Positions 55,288 to 64,000 of a stretch of 64,000 bases of DNA are shown in pieces. How positions within the stretch are numbered: the first letter of the stretch is position 1; each line of letters starts with the position of its first letter. The translations under genes were made by a program, and so were the position numbers. The notes under the pieces are model-generated. The model was not told where the DNA came from. It saw nothing but the letters and a program-made list of their open reading frames with translations, and did not search any database. Origin of the DNA: Blastocatellia bacterium (lineage in GTDB: Bacteria > Acidobacteriota > Blastocatellia > UBA7656); the NCBI GenBank assembly GCA_035275065.1, contig DATENM010000129.1:13409-77408 (forward strand), read 5' to 3'.

Positions 55288-58200
55288 TTACCTTTTTTTC
55301 ATCAACTCCTTAACTGCCGCCTCGATCTGCTGGTCGTGGCCTGACGACATGACGGTGGGCTCGTTCATGACGCGGATGTCCGGCTCGGTCTGGACGTTCT
55401 CGGCGCATTTCCCGTCCATCGTGCGCCAGCAGCCCATCGGGATACCGAACCGCAGCGTCGGATCGATCTGATTTTCCCACCAGACGAACGTGCCCGTGCC
55501 CGGAACGGGCATGCCGACAAGGAGACCGAGGTTCTTCGCCTTGTACGCGAGCGGGAAAAGGTGCGCGTCCGAGTAGTTACTCTCGCCCATCAGCACGATT
55601 GACGGCTTGATCCACTTGTCGAAAGGCTCGCTGCCAATATACTGTCCGTGCGGGATGACGTCGAAATACTTCTTGCCGCTCAGGAAATCCGACAACTGCT
55701 CATGGATGCCGCCGCCGCCGTTGAATCGCGTATCGATGATGATCGCGTCCTTGCTGACGTTCAGCCCCAGAGCCTCGTCAAAGACAGTACGCATACTTGG
55801 ATCGTTCATCGCGCGAACGTGAATGTAGCCGATCCTGCCACCCGACAACTTGTCGACCTCCGCCCGCCGCTGGCGGACCCACCGCTTATAAAGCAACTCG
55901 CCCTCGTCGCCGCGCGTGACCGGCTTCACGGTTTCGTCCCAGCGCTTGTTGTTGACGGGATCAAAAACGGAAAGAAGCGTGTACTTGCCGGCCTTGCGAT
56001 TTAGCAGCTTGTAAAAATCCATCGATGCGTCAATCGTCGTGCCGTCTATGGCTTCGATAATGTTGCCGGCCTTGATCGAGGAAGCGGCGAGGTCCACGGG
56101 CCCACCCTGGATGACCTCAGCGATCTTCACGCCGCTGCCGGTGTGGTCGTAGTCGTAAAGCAGGCCAAGCGAGGCCGTTTGGTCGCCGTTAGGGAACTGC
56201 GGGCTGTAGTAACAGCCCGTGTGCGAGACGTTCATCTCGCCGAGCATCTCGCTCAGCATCTCGGCGAAATCGTAATTATTGTTGATGTATGGCAGGAAAC
56301 GCTTGTACGCCGTATAGTAAAATTCCCAGTCGACCTTTTGCAGGTCAGGGAAGATAAGTTTCTCCTTGAATTGGCGCCAGCTATGGTCGAAGATATATGC
56401 CTTCTCGGCCGAGTAGTTGAGTACCATCTCGGTCGCGAAGGCGATAGGTTCGGCCTTGCCGCTTTCGACGTCGATCTTCATGGCTCGCCCCTCGGCAAGT
56501 ACAAAGAGGAATTTCCCGTCCGGCGAAAGCTCCATTGATGTCCTGTTCGCGCCAAGTTTTGCGAAGAGCTTTGTGTCGCGCGTACGGAGTTCCGTGACCC
56601 ATAGATCGTTGCCTTTCTCGAAATTAGTGAGGTAAAAGAGCTTTTCGCCGTCCTTCGAGAGGACCCAGCCGGACGCGCTCGATGTGTGGATCGTCAGCCG
56701 AGTTTTGCGGTCGGTCAGTCCGCCCCAGTCGATAACGATCTTTTTGTCCTCGGGCTTTGGCGAAGCAGCGGGAGACGCGGCTGGCGAAGCGCCAGGAGAC
56801 GGACCGCTCGCCTTGGCTTTTTCCTCGGCGTCCTTTTTGTCTTTATCCTCTTGCTCTTTCAGAAGGGCGAACTCTTCCTTCGTGAGGCGCTGGCGGTCGT
56901 AGAATGCCTTTGTGAAGTACATCCCGTAGACGTCGCCCTGCTGCGGGTCACCGGCCTGGTTTCTTGCGCCTTCGCGGTCGGAACCCCAGATCATCATCTT
57001 GCCGTCCATTGCCCACTTAGGGTTGAAGTTGTCATAGCCGCTCTGGGTGAGGTTATGCACTTCGCCGCCGTCGGCCGAGACGAGTCCTACCTCGGGGCTG
57101 AACATCCGCTCAGCATGCGCAAATTGGACCAGGAACCACTTCGAGTCGGGCGACCATTCATAATACTGATCGCCATCGGCGTATGAATAATTCTTGTCCG
57201 CGGGCAGGACCGTGCGTGTTTGTTTTGAAGCGATGTTATAGACCTTAAGCGTCTGCCGGTTTTCGAGGTACGCGATCTCTTTGCCGTCGGGCGAATAGGC
57301 CGGCTGGAATTCCTCGGCAGGTGTAGCCAGGACTGTCTCCTCTTTGAGGACGGTCGACACACAGAAGTACGGTTCCTGCTTGCGTGAGATCGAGACGGTG
57401 TAGATATTCCAGTTGTTGTCGCGCTCAGCGGCGTACACGAGTGAGCGGCCGTCGGGGCTGAAACTTACGGTGCGCTCCTGCCAAGGGGTATCCGTGACCC
57501 TCTTGACCATCTTGCCGTCCATCGATGAGACAAAGATCTCGCCGCGGAATACGAATGCGAACTCCTTCCCATTCGGCGACAGTTTTGCCTCGGTCATTCC
57601 GCCATTGATCGGGACGATCTGCTCAATGGAGCTGCGACCGTCGGCGGCGATCCGCACGTTGACCTTTTGCGGCTCACTGCCGGGTTTCATCGTGTAGAGC
57701 TGGCCGTCGTACGAGAAAGCAAGCGTGCCATTGTTGGCGCGGGTGAGAAAGCGCACGGGATGCTTTGTAAGATGTGTGACCGCGGTCGACTTGTCGGGAT
57801 GAGCAAGGCTGCTTTTGTACACATTAAAGCTGCCGCTTTGCTCGCTGAGGTAGTAAAAATCGTTGTCGTTAGAGTCGAAGACCGGATTGCGGTCCTCACC
57901 CTTGAAGCTCGTCAGCTGAGTGTATTTTTTCGACGGGACGTCGTACACCCAAACGTCACGAGTGACGGACGAGGTGTGGTGTTTTCGCCAGTCGCTCTCG
58001 TACCCCTTGTAGTCGTGAAAGATGATCTTATCGCCCGTTGAACTGACAGTTGCGTCGAGAGCCGGCGACGTCAATATCAGCGAAACACGGCCACCGTTGA
58101 CCGGCACGCTGTAAAGTTCGGTCATGCCGGGCGTGGGAAACTGCGCATTGGTCGCCAGATCCTGCCGCTGGGCTGCAAAGAGGATGGCCTTGTCGTCCGC

Positions 58201-58548
58201 CGTAAACGAGAGCGGCGCTTCGCGGCTCGAGTGGTATGTGAGCCTTTTCGCATCCCCGCCGCCGGCCGGCATTATGAACACGTCGAAGCTGCCGTACCGG
58301 TCCGATGCGAACGCAATCGACTTGCCGTCATGGCTCCATACGGGAGCAAATTCGTAGGACTCGCTCAGGGTAAGCGGCACTGCGGTGCCGCCCGCCGTGG
58401 GGACTGACCAGATGTCGCCTTTGTATTCGAAAAGCAGGGTCTGCCCGTCCGGCGAGATCGCCGGGTATCGCAGCCACAGCGGATCGTTTTGGCCGTAGAT
58501 GGCCGTAGACAGGAAGAGAACGGTCGCGAGGCAAAGTAACGGTTTCAT
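55288..58548 (-). CDS. Tricorn-type protease (S41 family) with TolB-like beta-propellers and PDZ domain
   Basis: Signal peptide MKPLLCLATVLFLSTAIYGQ. Propeller repeats (PDGQTLLFEYKGDIWSV, SHDGKSIAFASDRYGSFDVF...). C-terminal S41 core IIDTRFNGGG and flanking motifs. Total ~1090 aa. Confidence 0.75.
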   Translation of the reverse strand: MKPLLCLATVLFLSTAIYGQNDPLWLRYPAISPDGQTLLFEYKGDIWSVPTAGGTAVPLTLSESYEFAPVWSHDGKSIAFASDRYGSFDVFIMPAGGGDAKRLTYHSSREAPLSFTADDKAILFAAQRQDLATNAQFPTPGMTELYSVPVNGGRVSLILTSPALDATVSSTGDKIIFHDYKGYESDWRKHHTSSVTRDVWVYDVPSKKYTQLTSFKGEDRNPVFDSNDNDFYYLSEQSGSFNVYKSSLAHPDKSTAVTHLTKHPVRFLTRANNGTLAFSYDGQLYTMKPGSEPQKVNVRIAADGRSSIEQIVPINGGMTEAKLSPNGKEFAFVFRGEIFVSSMDGKMVKRVTDTPWQERTVSFSPDGRSLVYAAERDNNWNIYTVSISRKQEPYFCVSTVLKEETVLATPAEEFQPAYSPDGKEIAYLENRQTLKVYNIASKQTRTVLPADKNYSYADGDQYYEWSPDSKWFLVQFAHAERMFSPEVGLVSADGGEVHNLTQSGYDNFNPKWAMDGKMMIWGSDREGARNQAGDPQQGDVYGMYFTKAFYDRQRLTKEEFALLKEQEDKDKKDAEEKAKASGPSPGASPAASPAASPKPEDKKIVIDWGGLTDRKTRLTIHTSSASGWVLSKDGEKLFYLTNFEKGNDLWVTELRTRDTKLFAKLGANRTSMELSPDGKFLFVLAEGRAMKIDVESGKAEPIAFATEMVLNYSAEKAYIFDHSWRQFKEKLIFPDLQKVDWEFYYTAYKRFLPYINNNYDFAEMLSEMLGEMNVSHTGCYYSPQFPNGDQTASLGLLYDYDHTGSGVKIAEVIQGGPVDLAASSIKAGNIIEAIDGTTIDASMDFYKLLNRKAGKYTLLSVFDPVNNKRWDETVKPVTRGDEGELLYKRWVRQRRAEVDKLSGGRIGYIHVRAMNDPSMRTVFDEALGLNVSKDAIIIDTRFNGGGGIHEQLSDFLSGKKYFDVIPHGQYIGSEPFDKWIKPSIVLMGESNYSDAHLFPLAYKAKNLGLLVGMPVPGTGTFVWWENQIDPTLRFGIPMGCWRTMDGKCAENVQTEPDIRVMNEPTVMSSGHDQQIEAAVKELMKKR

Positions 58549-58697
58549 ATTGGCTCCAAGGGGCACTATTGAGGGTGAAAAAAGTAAGTCTGCTTCCTTT
58601 TACGTTTTGAGTCAAGGAAGGTTGCGCTCCCAAGGGTGGGGAAAATCAGCGATCATAGCCCATTCGTTCAGGAGGTGATCTACGTTGATGGCGACCT

Positions 58698-59693
58698 CTA
58701 TCGGGTGAAGCGCCGCATTTCTTCGAGATAGTTATTCCAAATATGATTCGCATAAAAAAGCGGGGCATGATCAACAAATCCATCATCAGGAATATCACCG
58801 AGAAAACCGGACCTGAGATGACCAAGCACGTTGAACTGGTGACTGAAATAACCGGTGAACCTGTCTCTCAGCCTGCCGGATAACTTCTGATTATCGTTGA
58901 TCTGCCCTTTGCTATCTATATACTTCAATCCATCCACGTGACGGTAGATGCCTAGTGGTGGGAGCCTTAATGGTTCATAAGAGCCTATGAGCGGCACGTT
59001 GGTCACGATGTCGTTGTTATTTACGAATCGATAAGTGTTGATATGGTAATCATCCTTAAACGCTCCGTCCCCAACACGCGGTGAGCCAAAGGTGTACACC
59101 CCCTGCACGTTCCCGTACCGGTCGGCAGCGAGAGTAGCAAGAGCTGCTCCCAGACTATGTCCTGTTATCCACAGCGTGCGGTTATGACCGGCGGCATTCT
59201 TGATTTGGTTTAAATAGGACTCAAGGCCCTGTTTTTCGCCTTGATCTTTCCAGATTTCATCAAGGGCCTTCTTGAACCCCTTGTGAACATAACCTCCCTG
59301 CTGGGAATCTACGAGAATTATACTTATGTCGGCCAATATATCAGCCACTATTTCATGGAAAACTGATTTGAACCCTCGCTTATAAACCTGTGTGCCTCTG
59401 AAGGCAACTACTATAAAGTCGTTGTTAGACGCTACAAAACATTGTGTGCTACTGCCGGTAAAGGCCATGAAATCTACTAAGCCTGCCTTGCGAAATTCTT
59501 CCCTTATATAAGCCTCTTCATCGTAAACGAGCAAAGAAGCTTCCGCGAGCCACCAGGCGTTGACCAATTCGAACCTGCTAGAATTGTATCGAAACGGGTG
59601 GTTCTGGCTGTTCTCAAAGAAGATTCGATCCCTGTTAGGAGGTAGGACGTTATCTAAAGTTGCCCTTGGAATCGGTTTAGGTTGATCCTCCAT
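58698..59693 (-). CDS. Class 3 (fungal-type) lipase family alpha/beta hydrolase
   Basis: GHSLGAALATLAA nucleophile elbow, a VAFRGT upstream motif, and a D/H downstream region. Start at ATG 59693 (MEDQPKP, RBS GGAGAG). Local GC is clearly lower than the surroundings. Confidence 0.7.
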   Translation of the reverse strand: MEDQPKPIPRATLDNVLPPNRDRIFFENSQNHPFRYNSSRFELVNAWWLAEASLLVYDEEAYIREEFRKAGLVDFMAFTGSSTQCFVASNNDFIVVAFRGTQVYKRGFKSVFHEIVADILADISIILVDSQQGGYVHKGFKKALDEIWKDQGEKQGLESYLNQIKNAAGHNRTLWITGHSLGAALATLAADRYGNVQGVYTFGSPRVGDGAFKDDYHINTYRFVNNNDIVTNVPLIGSYEPLRLPPLGIYRHVDGLKYIDSKGQINDNQKLSGRLRDRFTGYFSHQFNVLGHLRSGFLGDIPDDGFVDHAPLFYANHIWNNYLEEMRRFTR

Positions 59694-60186
59694 TTGTGAA
59701 TCTCTCCTTTCGGTACATACTGAGCGACGTTGTAGGAACTCTGATTGATTTAGAGTCAAAGTTAATACGCAATGATCGCCTATCTTCGCAATGCTAGTGC
59801 GGACAATCAACAATTATCCATATCCATCAAGCCCTCTTTGGGAGGCCTACCCAGTAAAACGTCAAAGGATGTCGGATGGCTCTTACGAGGAGGTGCCAAG
59901 AGATAAGCTGATTGCATATACATCCCTCCGCTACTTTCCTGACAGTAACCTAAAGCAGCTTTGCGTGTGCGGATTCTTATACCACTAATGAGCTGCGGTG
60001 GAAAGCCTGGAAGTAAATTATTTCCCTTGTCCCAGGCGCAAGCCTGCCGGTGTCGGCTCTTTTGTTGTGGGCGTGGGCCTGATTAACGACGTGAACAAAT
60101 TGCAGCAATATGGCTTTCTGATCTTTGAGCCACTCTGCCGGCAGACATCAACTCAGGCATCGGCTAAAATAGCACTGCCCAGGCAT

Positions 60187-60215
60187 TTGACATAGCCGAA
60201 TCGCGGGCGTAGACT
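60187..60215 (+). promoter_or_regulatory. Sigma70-like promoter TTGACA-N17-TAGACT for the 60262 gene
   Basis: Read directly. It lies ~45 bp upstream of ATG 60262, which has RBS GGAGGT at -9. Confidence 0.4.
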
Positions 60216-60261
60216 TGCGCCGCTTCGTAAATCTCACAGCCCTTCGGAGGTAAGAACAACT

Positions 60262-60696
60262 ATGAAACGCACCATGCTTTTTGTGTGGGCTATTTGCCTG
60301 CTCGCATCCCTGACGTTCGCTCAATCGAAAGTGCCGGCCAACTCGAAAGTTTACATCAGTAAGATGGAAGGCGGCCTTGACGGCTTCATCGCAACCGAGA
60401 TATTGAAAAAGAAACTCCCGATCACCATTGTTACCGAAGATAAAGATGCGGATTTCATCCTTGTCGGCACATCAATCAAAGCTGACGATAAGTGGTATCA
60501 CACTGTTTTCGGCGGCAAGGACAAGAACGAAGGTAATGTGCAACTACTATCCGTCAAAGATAAAACCCTTGTGTGGGCCGGCGAAGCCGGCGACCGCTCG
60601 CTCATGTGGGGCAGCCTCCGGCGCGGCGGACAGAGAAAAGTTGCGGATCGTATTGTCAGCAAGATGAAGAAAGACTTGTTTGAGAAGAAGGGCTAG
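60262..60696 (+). CDS. Hypothetical secreted protein (signal peptide)
   Basis: MKRTMLFVWAICLLASLTFAQS signal peptide, a good promoter and RBS, and no recognisable domain. It lies within the low-GC island. Confidence 0.5.
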   Translation: MKRTMLFVWAICLLASLTFAQSKVPANSKVYISKMEGGLDGFIATEILKKKLPITIVTEDKDADFILVGTSIKADDKWYHTVFGGKDKNEGNVQLLSVKDKTLVWAGEAGDRSLMWGSLRRGGQRKVADRIVSKMKKDLFEKKG

Positions 60697-60812
60697 AAGA
60701 CATTTTATCGTAAGGTAGACTTGCGCGGTGATGAAACTAACGATTCGCGCTATAGCTATGTGCGGCGAGGCTACCCTAATCAAGTGAAGAAAATCAATGA
60801 TGGAGAAACCCT

Positions 60813-61364
60813 ATGCCTGAGCATGCGAATGTCAATCCCTCTGATTGGAGCTGGTTGCAGGATACCTACTGGTATGTTCTGCCGGGCAATCTGCCGGCTC
60901 TGCAACTAGACACAGATCAGGAGACGCTCAACTGGGTGGTTGATCAAACAGTTTGGCATATCACCGGCTACCGCAACGGCTACTTCTGGGGCGTCTCGGC
61001 TACCCTCATCATTCAAGATGCAGAGGGCATGCCTCAACAAGCTCCAACCTCTCAGCCGGTTTGCTTCACGATGCTTGGCACGATTACTCCCGAAGGCCGG
61101 ATACATTTAACCTTCATCCGTAGCCATCAGCCCTCTTCTGCGACACCAACGATTGGCATCGGTCGCGCTATTCCTTATAGGGATGCCTGGAGTTTAGAGA
61201 TGCAAATGTCCTCTGGGACTGACAAGCAGACTGCACATTGGGCGTATATGACGCGTGTGCAGCCCGCTGACCCAAGTTGGGAATCATTGCCTGGGGTTGG
61301 GCTATCAGTACCGGAGATGCTAAACAGGTGTAAGCCGCCGCAACTGGGCGGCAATTCGGAGTGA
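60813..61364 (+). CDS. Hypothetical protein
   Basis: 183-aa ORF co-oriented with the 60262 gene and with no recognisable motifs. Coding status is moderately supported by length in a lower-GC context. Confidence 0.4.
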   Translation: MPEHANVNPSDWSWLQDTYWYVLPGNLPALQLDTDQETLNWVVDQTVWHITGYRNGYFWGVSATLIIQDAEGMPQQAPTSQPVCFTMLGTITPEGRIHLTFIRSHQPSSATPTIGIGRAIPYRDAWSLEMQMSSGTDKQTAHWAYMTRVQPADPSWESLPGVGLSVPEMLNRCKPPQLGGNSE

Positions 61365-61759
61365 AGCTGTGGCAAGCCGCTGCGGTCTGCGGTCTGACCA
61401 GCCGAAGAATCTTACGGGCGGGGTAGCCTTCGAACGATGAAGCGGAATGAGGCGAAGGCCACCTGCTTTGCGGCAAATGGCGGGAAGACCAGACAATTAT
61501 GCGGGAATCAGGTGGTAGAGGAACTAAAACACCGTGCGGGAATACAGTTGGTGGGTGCGTTGAGCAGCGGGGTGAGAAAGATCTGATGAGCCAAGGTGCG
61601 AAACGCGGGCGGCTACGTTTTACCAGTCCTTATCGGCCACTAACAGAGGGACAGATCGAAGGATGTCCGAATTGCCAGCATTGAAATAATGCCAGGGGCC
61701 GCAGGCCGAGCGACCTGCGCGAACTTGACCGAGCGCCGAAGCCCCACCTGGCAGTGCAG

Positions 61760-62485
61760 TTATTTCGACGCCACCTTATCGGTCTTTTCGAGCATGGGCT
61801 TGAGATAGCGATAGACCGTGTCGGCGACGATGCGCGCGCCCGCCGGGTTCGGGTGGATGCCGTCGGCTTGATTCAGCGAAGGGATGCCGGCGACGCGGTC
61901 GAGCAAGAATGGAATCAGCGCTACGTTATGCTCTTTCGCCAGGTCGATGAAAGCCTCATCTGTCCAGCGGCAGTAATCGATGCCGGAATTGGTCGGCGCT
62001 TTCATGCCGGCGAGCAGTACCTGTGCGCCGCGCTTCTTGGCGTGCTCGATGATTGTACTCAGATTCTCTTTCATTTCGGCGATGTCGAGGCCGCGCAGGA
62101 TGTCGTTGGCGCCCAGCTCGACGATGATGACCTTGACATCGCCGCCCTCCAGCGTCCAGTTGATGCGCCGCACACCACCCGCCGAGGTGTCGCCGGAGAT
62201 GCCGGCGTTGACCACTTCATAGTTCAGGCCGTCGGCCGTGAGCCTCTTTTGCAACAGCTCGGGGTAGCTCTCTTCGGGGCTCAAGCCGTATCCGGCAGTC
62301 AGGCTGTCGCCGAAGGCGACGACCTTCGCTACACCGTTAGCCGGCATCGCGGGCGACGACGCTTTCGACGGCCCGCCTTTGCATGCAGCCAGGGCCAGCA
62401 GCGTCAAGAACAGAAGACAGGATGGCCAAAATCGCACGGTTCTATGATAAGAGTTGAGCAATTGACATGTGCGATCTACAGACAT
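61760..62485 (-). CDS. SGNH/GDSL hydrolase lipoprotein (TesA/arylesterase-like)
   Basis: Lipobox LLALAAC. Block I VVAFGDSLTAGYG, block III GANDIL, block V DGIHPN. Start uncertain among 62485, 62518 and 62551. Confidence 0.75.
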   Translation of the reverse strand: MSVDRTCQLLNSYHRTVRFWPSCLLFLTLLALAACKGGPSKASSPAMPANGVAKVVAFGDSLTAGYGLSPEESYPELLQKRLTADGLNYEVVNAGISGDTSAGGVRRINWTLEGGDVKVIIVELGANDILRGLDIAEMKENLSTIIEHAKKRGAQVLLAGMKAPTNSGIDYCRWTDEAFIDLAKEHNVALIPFLLDRVAGIPSLNQADGIHPNPAGARIVADTVYRYLKPMLEKTDKVASK

Positions 62486-62560
62486 GGTTCCCTTCCTTAG
62501 AGAAGCTCCCTTCGTCATAACCGGCCAGCAGCCCGAGCGGGGCGTCGTCAACTTAGGCAG

Positions 62561-63325
62561 TTAGGTATCCGATGACCAGATCAATTTCAGGCACTCTTTC
62601 AACAAGTTATTTTCACTCGGGTATCCTAAGACGCTCTGCACATAGCGCACGCGGTCAATCAGGCAGTCACAGGGAATGTGACTGTGGCCAAAGATGTGGA
62701 TGACGGAGTTGACGGCGCGAATCTGTTGATCGAGAGCGGCGCAGCCGGCGACTTTTGGAAGGCCCTTGAATGTGAGTCTAGCGACTTCTGGCAGAAGATC
62801 ACGACGTGGGAGGAAATGGGAAAGGGTGATCACCGGCCTATCATAGCTTTTGATATTTGGCGCGTTGGCGCTGAGAAGATACTCGGCAACGGAGTCGATC
62901 CAAGGCGGCCATTTGCAAAAATAGTAATCCGCCCATGCCTCCAACGTTTCCGTGTCTGCGCTCTGATCCTCATCAAAGCCCTCCTCATACCACGACAACA
63001 GGGGAACAATCCACAGCTCACCCACCCGCGCCGGTTTCGCGCACACTCCCAGGTCATCGCACAGCTGCAAAATCCTTTCGAGTTTAGCGGGCGAGTGACA
63101 GTCGTCCCTACGCGTCCACAGTTCGTGATTTCCTGGGACATAAAATACCCGGCCGAACCTTGCCCGCATGTGCGCAAGTGTCTTTGCGATAACCGACAGT
63201 TGATCAGCGATGTCGCCAGCGATTAAAACGACGTCGTTTTTGTAATCCTGTAGAGAAAGCCATTGCAGGGCTCTCCAATTCTCAGCGAAATCAGCGTGGA
63301 GGTCTGAGATGGCGAAAACTCGCAT
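62561..63325 (-). CDS. Calcineurin-like metallophosphoesterase
   Basis: ISDLHAD, LIAGDIAD, VPGNHE and IFGHSH motifs in canonical order. Confidence 0.75.
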   Translation of the reverse strand: MRVFAISDLHADFAENWRALQWLSLQDYKNDVVLIAGDIADQLSVIAKTLAHMRARFGRVFYVPGNHELWTRRDDCHSPAKLERILQLCDDLGVCAKPARVGELWIVPLLSWYEEGFDEDQSADTETLEAWADYYFCKWPPWIDSVAEYLLSANAPNIKSYDRPVITLSHFLPRRDLLPEVARLTFKGLPKVAGCAALDQQIRAVNSVIHIFGHSHIPCDCLIDRVRYVQSVLGYPSENNLLKECLKLIWSSDT

Positions 63326-63390
63326 GGTCTGACTTCAAGGGATAGGCGCTTATCAAAGAGCGAACGGCGTTGAAAGCCTCAATCGAAAGT

Positions 63391-64000
63391 CTACTCATAG
63401 CGGAGCGCCTGCATCGGGTCCACCTTCATTGCCCGGCGCGACGGTAGGTAGCCGGCCAGGAGTGCTACTGTCAACATAACGGCAATGGCCACGCTGATCG
63501 CCAACGGATCCGTGCTCTTCACCCCAAAAAGCATGCTCGAAATCAGGCGGGTTGCGGCAGTGGCAACCGCCAGGCCGATGACGATGCCGGATGCGACCAT
63601 CACTAAAGTCTCACGCAGCACGATCCAGAGAATCGTCCGCCGCTGTGCCCCCAGTGCCATGCGGATGCCGATTTCCTGAGTCCTGCGGGTCACCGAATGG
63701 GCCATCGTACCGTAAAGGCCGATTGAGGCCAGGACCAACGCCATTCCCCCGAAGATTGACAACAGCGTGGACAGCGAGCGCTCTTCGCCAAAGAACCCGT
63801 CCAACTCGTCCATCTGGGTTTGGATCTCTCTCAAGGCCAACCTCTGATCAACTTTCTGCAACTCCGTGCGGACTATAGAAATGAGGCTGGCCGGGTTGCC
63901 CCTGGTGCGAATAAGGAATTTCATTTGCCCCAGCGACTGCGGCAACGCCTGAGTATAGGGAATATAAACACACCCCTCCCATCCCTGTTGCCTCAGGTTG
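63391..64000 (-). CDS. ABC transporter permease, FtsX/MacB family (C-terminal part; 5' end beyond window)
   Basis: The C-terminal four-TM FtsX-like region ends ...PMQALRYE. The upstream frame stays open to the window edge. Confidence 0.7.
   Translation of the reverse strand, partial: NLRQQGWEGCVYIPYTQALPQSLGQMKFLIRTRGNPASLISIVRTELQKVDQRLALREIQTQMDELDGFFGEERSLSTLLSIFGGMALVLASIGLYGTMAHSVTRRTQEIGIRMALGAQRRTILWIVLRETLVMVASGIVIGLAVATAATRLISSMLFGVKSTDPLAISVAIAVMLTVALLAGYLPSRRAMKVDPMQALRYE

Overview
High-GC (about 65-70%) bacterial chromosomal segment whose gene content looks Acidobacteria- or myxobacteria-like. About 52 kb (positions 1-52.4 kb) is one hybrid PKS-NRPS lipopeptide biosynthetic gene cluster that runs off the left edge of the window. 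Every biosynthetic gene is on the minus strand, in two blocks.

Block A (52.3 -> 35.7 kb): a NusG/RfaH-paralog regulator, a fully reducing PKS module (KS-AT-DH-ER-KR-ACP), a Cy-A(Cys)-T thiazoline module, a C-A-T module, a stand-alone C-like protein with HQxxxDD, and a type II thioesterase.

Block B (32.5 -> <1 kb): a GT1 glycosyltransferase, the NRPS termination module C-A-T-TE, an LLM flavin monooxygenase, a cyclic-peptide-type ABC exporter, an MbtH-like fusion protein, an ankyrin-repeat protein, a secreted Ntn-hydrolase (penicillin-acylase family), two NodU/CmcH carbamoyltransferases flanking a tandem XRE-HTH regulator, a FAAL-ACP-C lipoinitiation protein, a stand-alone FkbH-like HAD protein, an NRPS C0-A-T-E with a catalytically dead C domain (AAxxxDS), and a further NRPS C-A-T-E-C... 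that the ORF track misses because its frame stays open to position 1.

The two blocks are separated by a plus-strand CadC-type winged-helix/TPR regulator and an IS630 transposase remnant with short direct repeats.

Right of the cluster (52.8-64 kb) are housekeeping or secreted-protein genes: a VWA-like protein, a tricorn-type S41 protease, a class-3 lipase sitting in a roughly 2.7 kb low-GC island with two hypothetical secreted proteins, an SGNH lipoprotein hydrolase, a metallophosphoesterase and a partial FtsX-type ABC permease.

Most noteworthy hypothesis: a fatty-acylated (possibly glycerate-primed) prodrug lipopeptide that is deacylated by the secreted acylase, under control of a dedicated NusG-paralog antiterminator with an ops-like hairpin in the PKS leader. 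No rRNA, tRNA or CRISPR was found. Coordinates I derived by reading the sequence rather than from the ORF track may be off by 1-2 nt.
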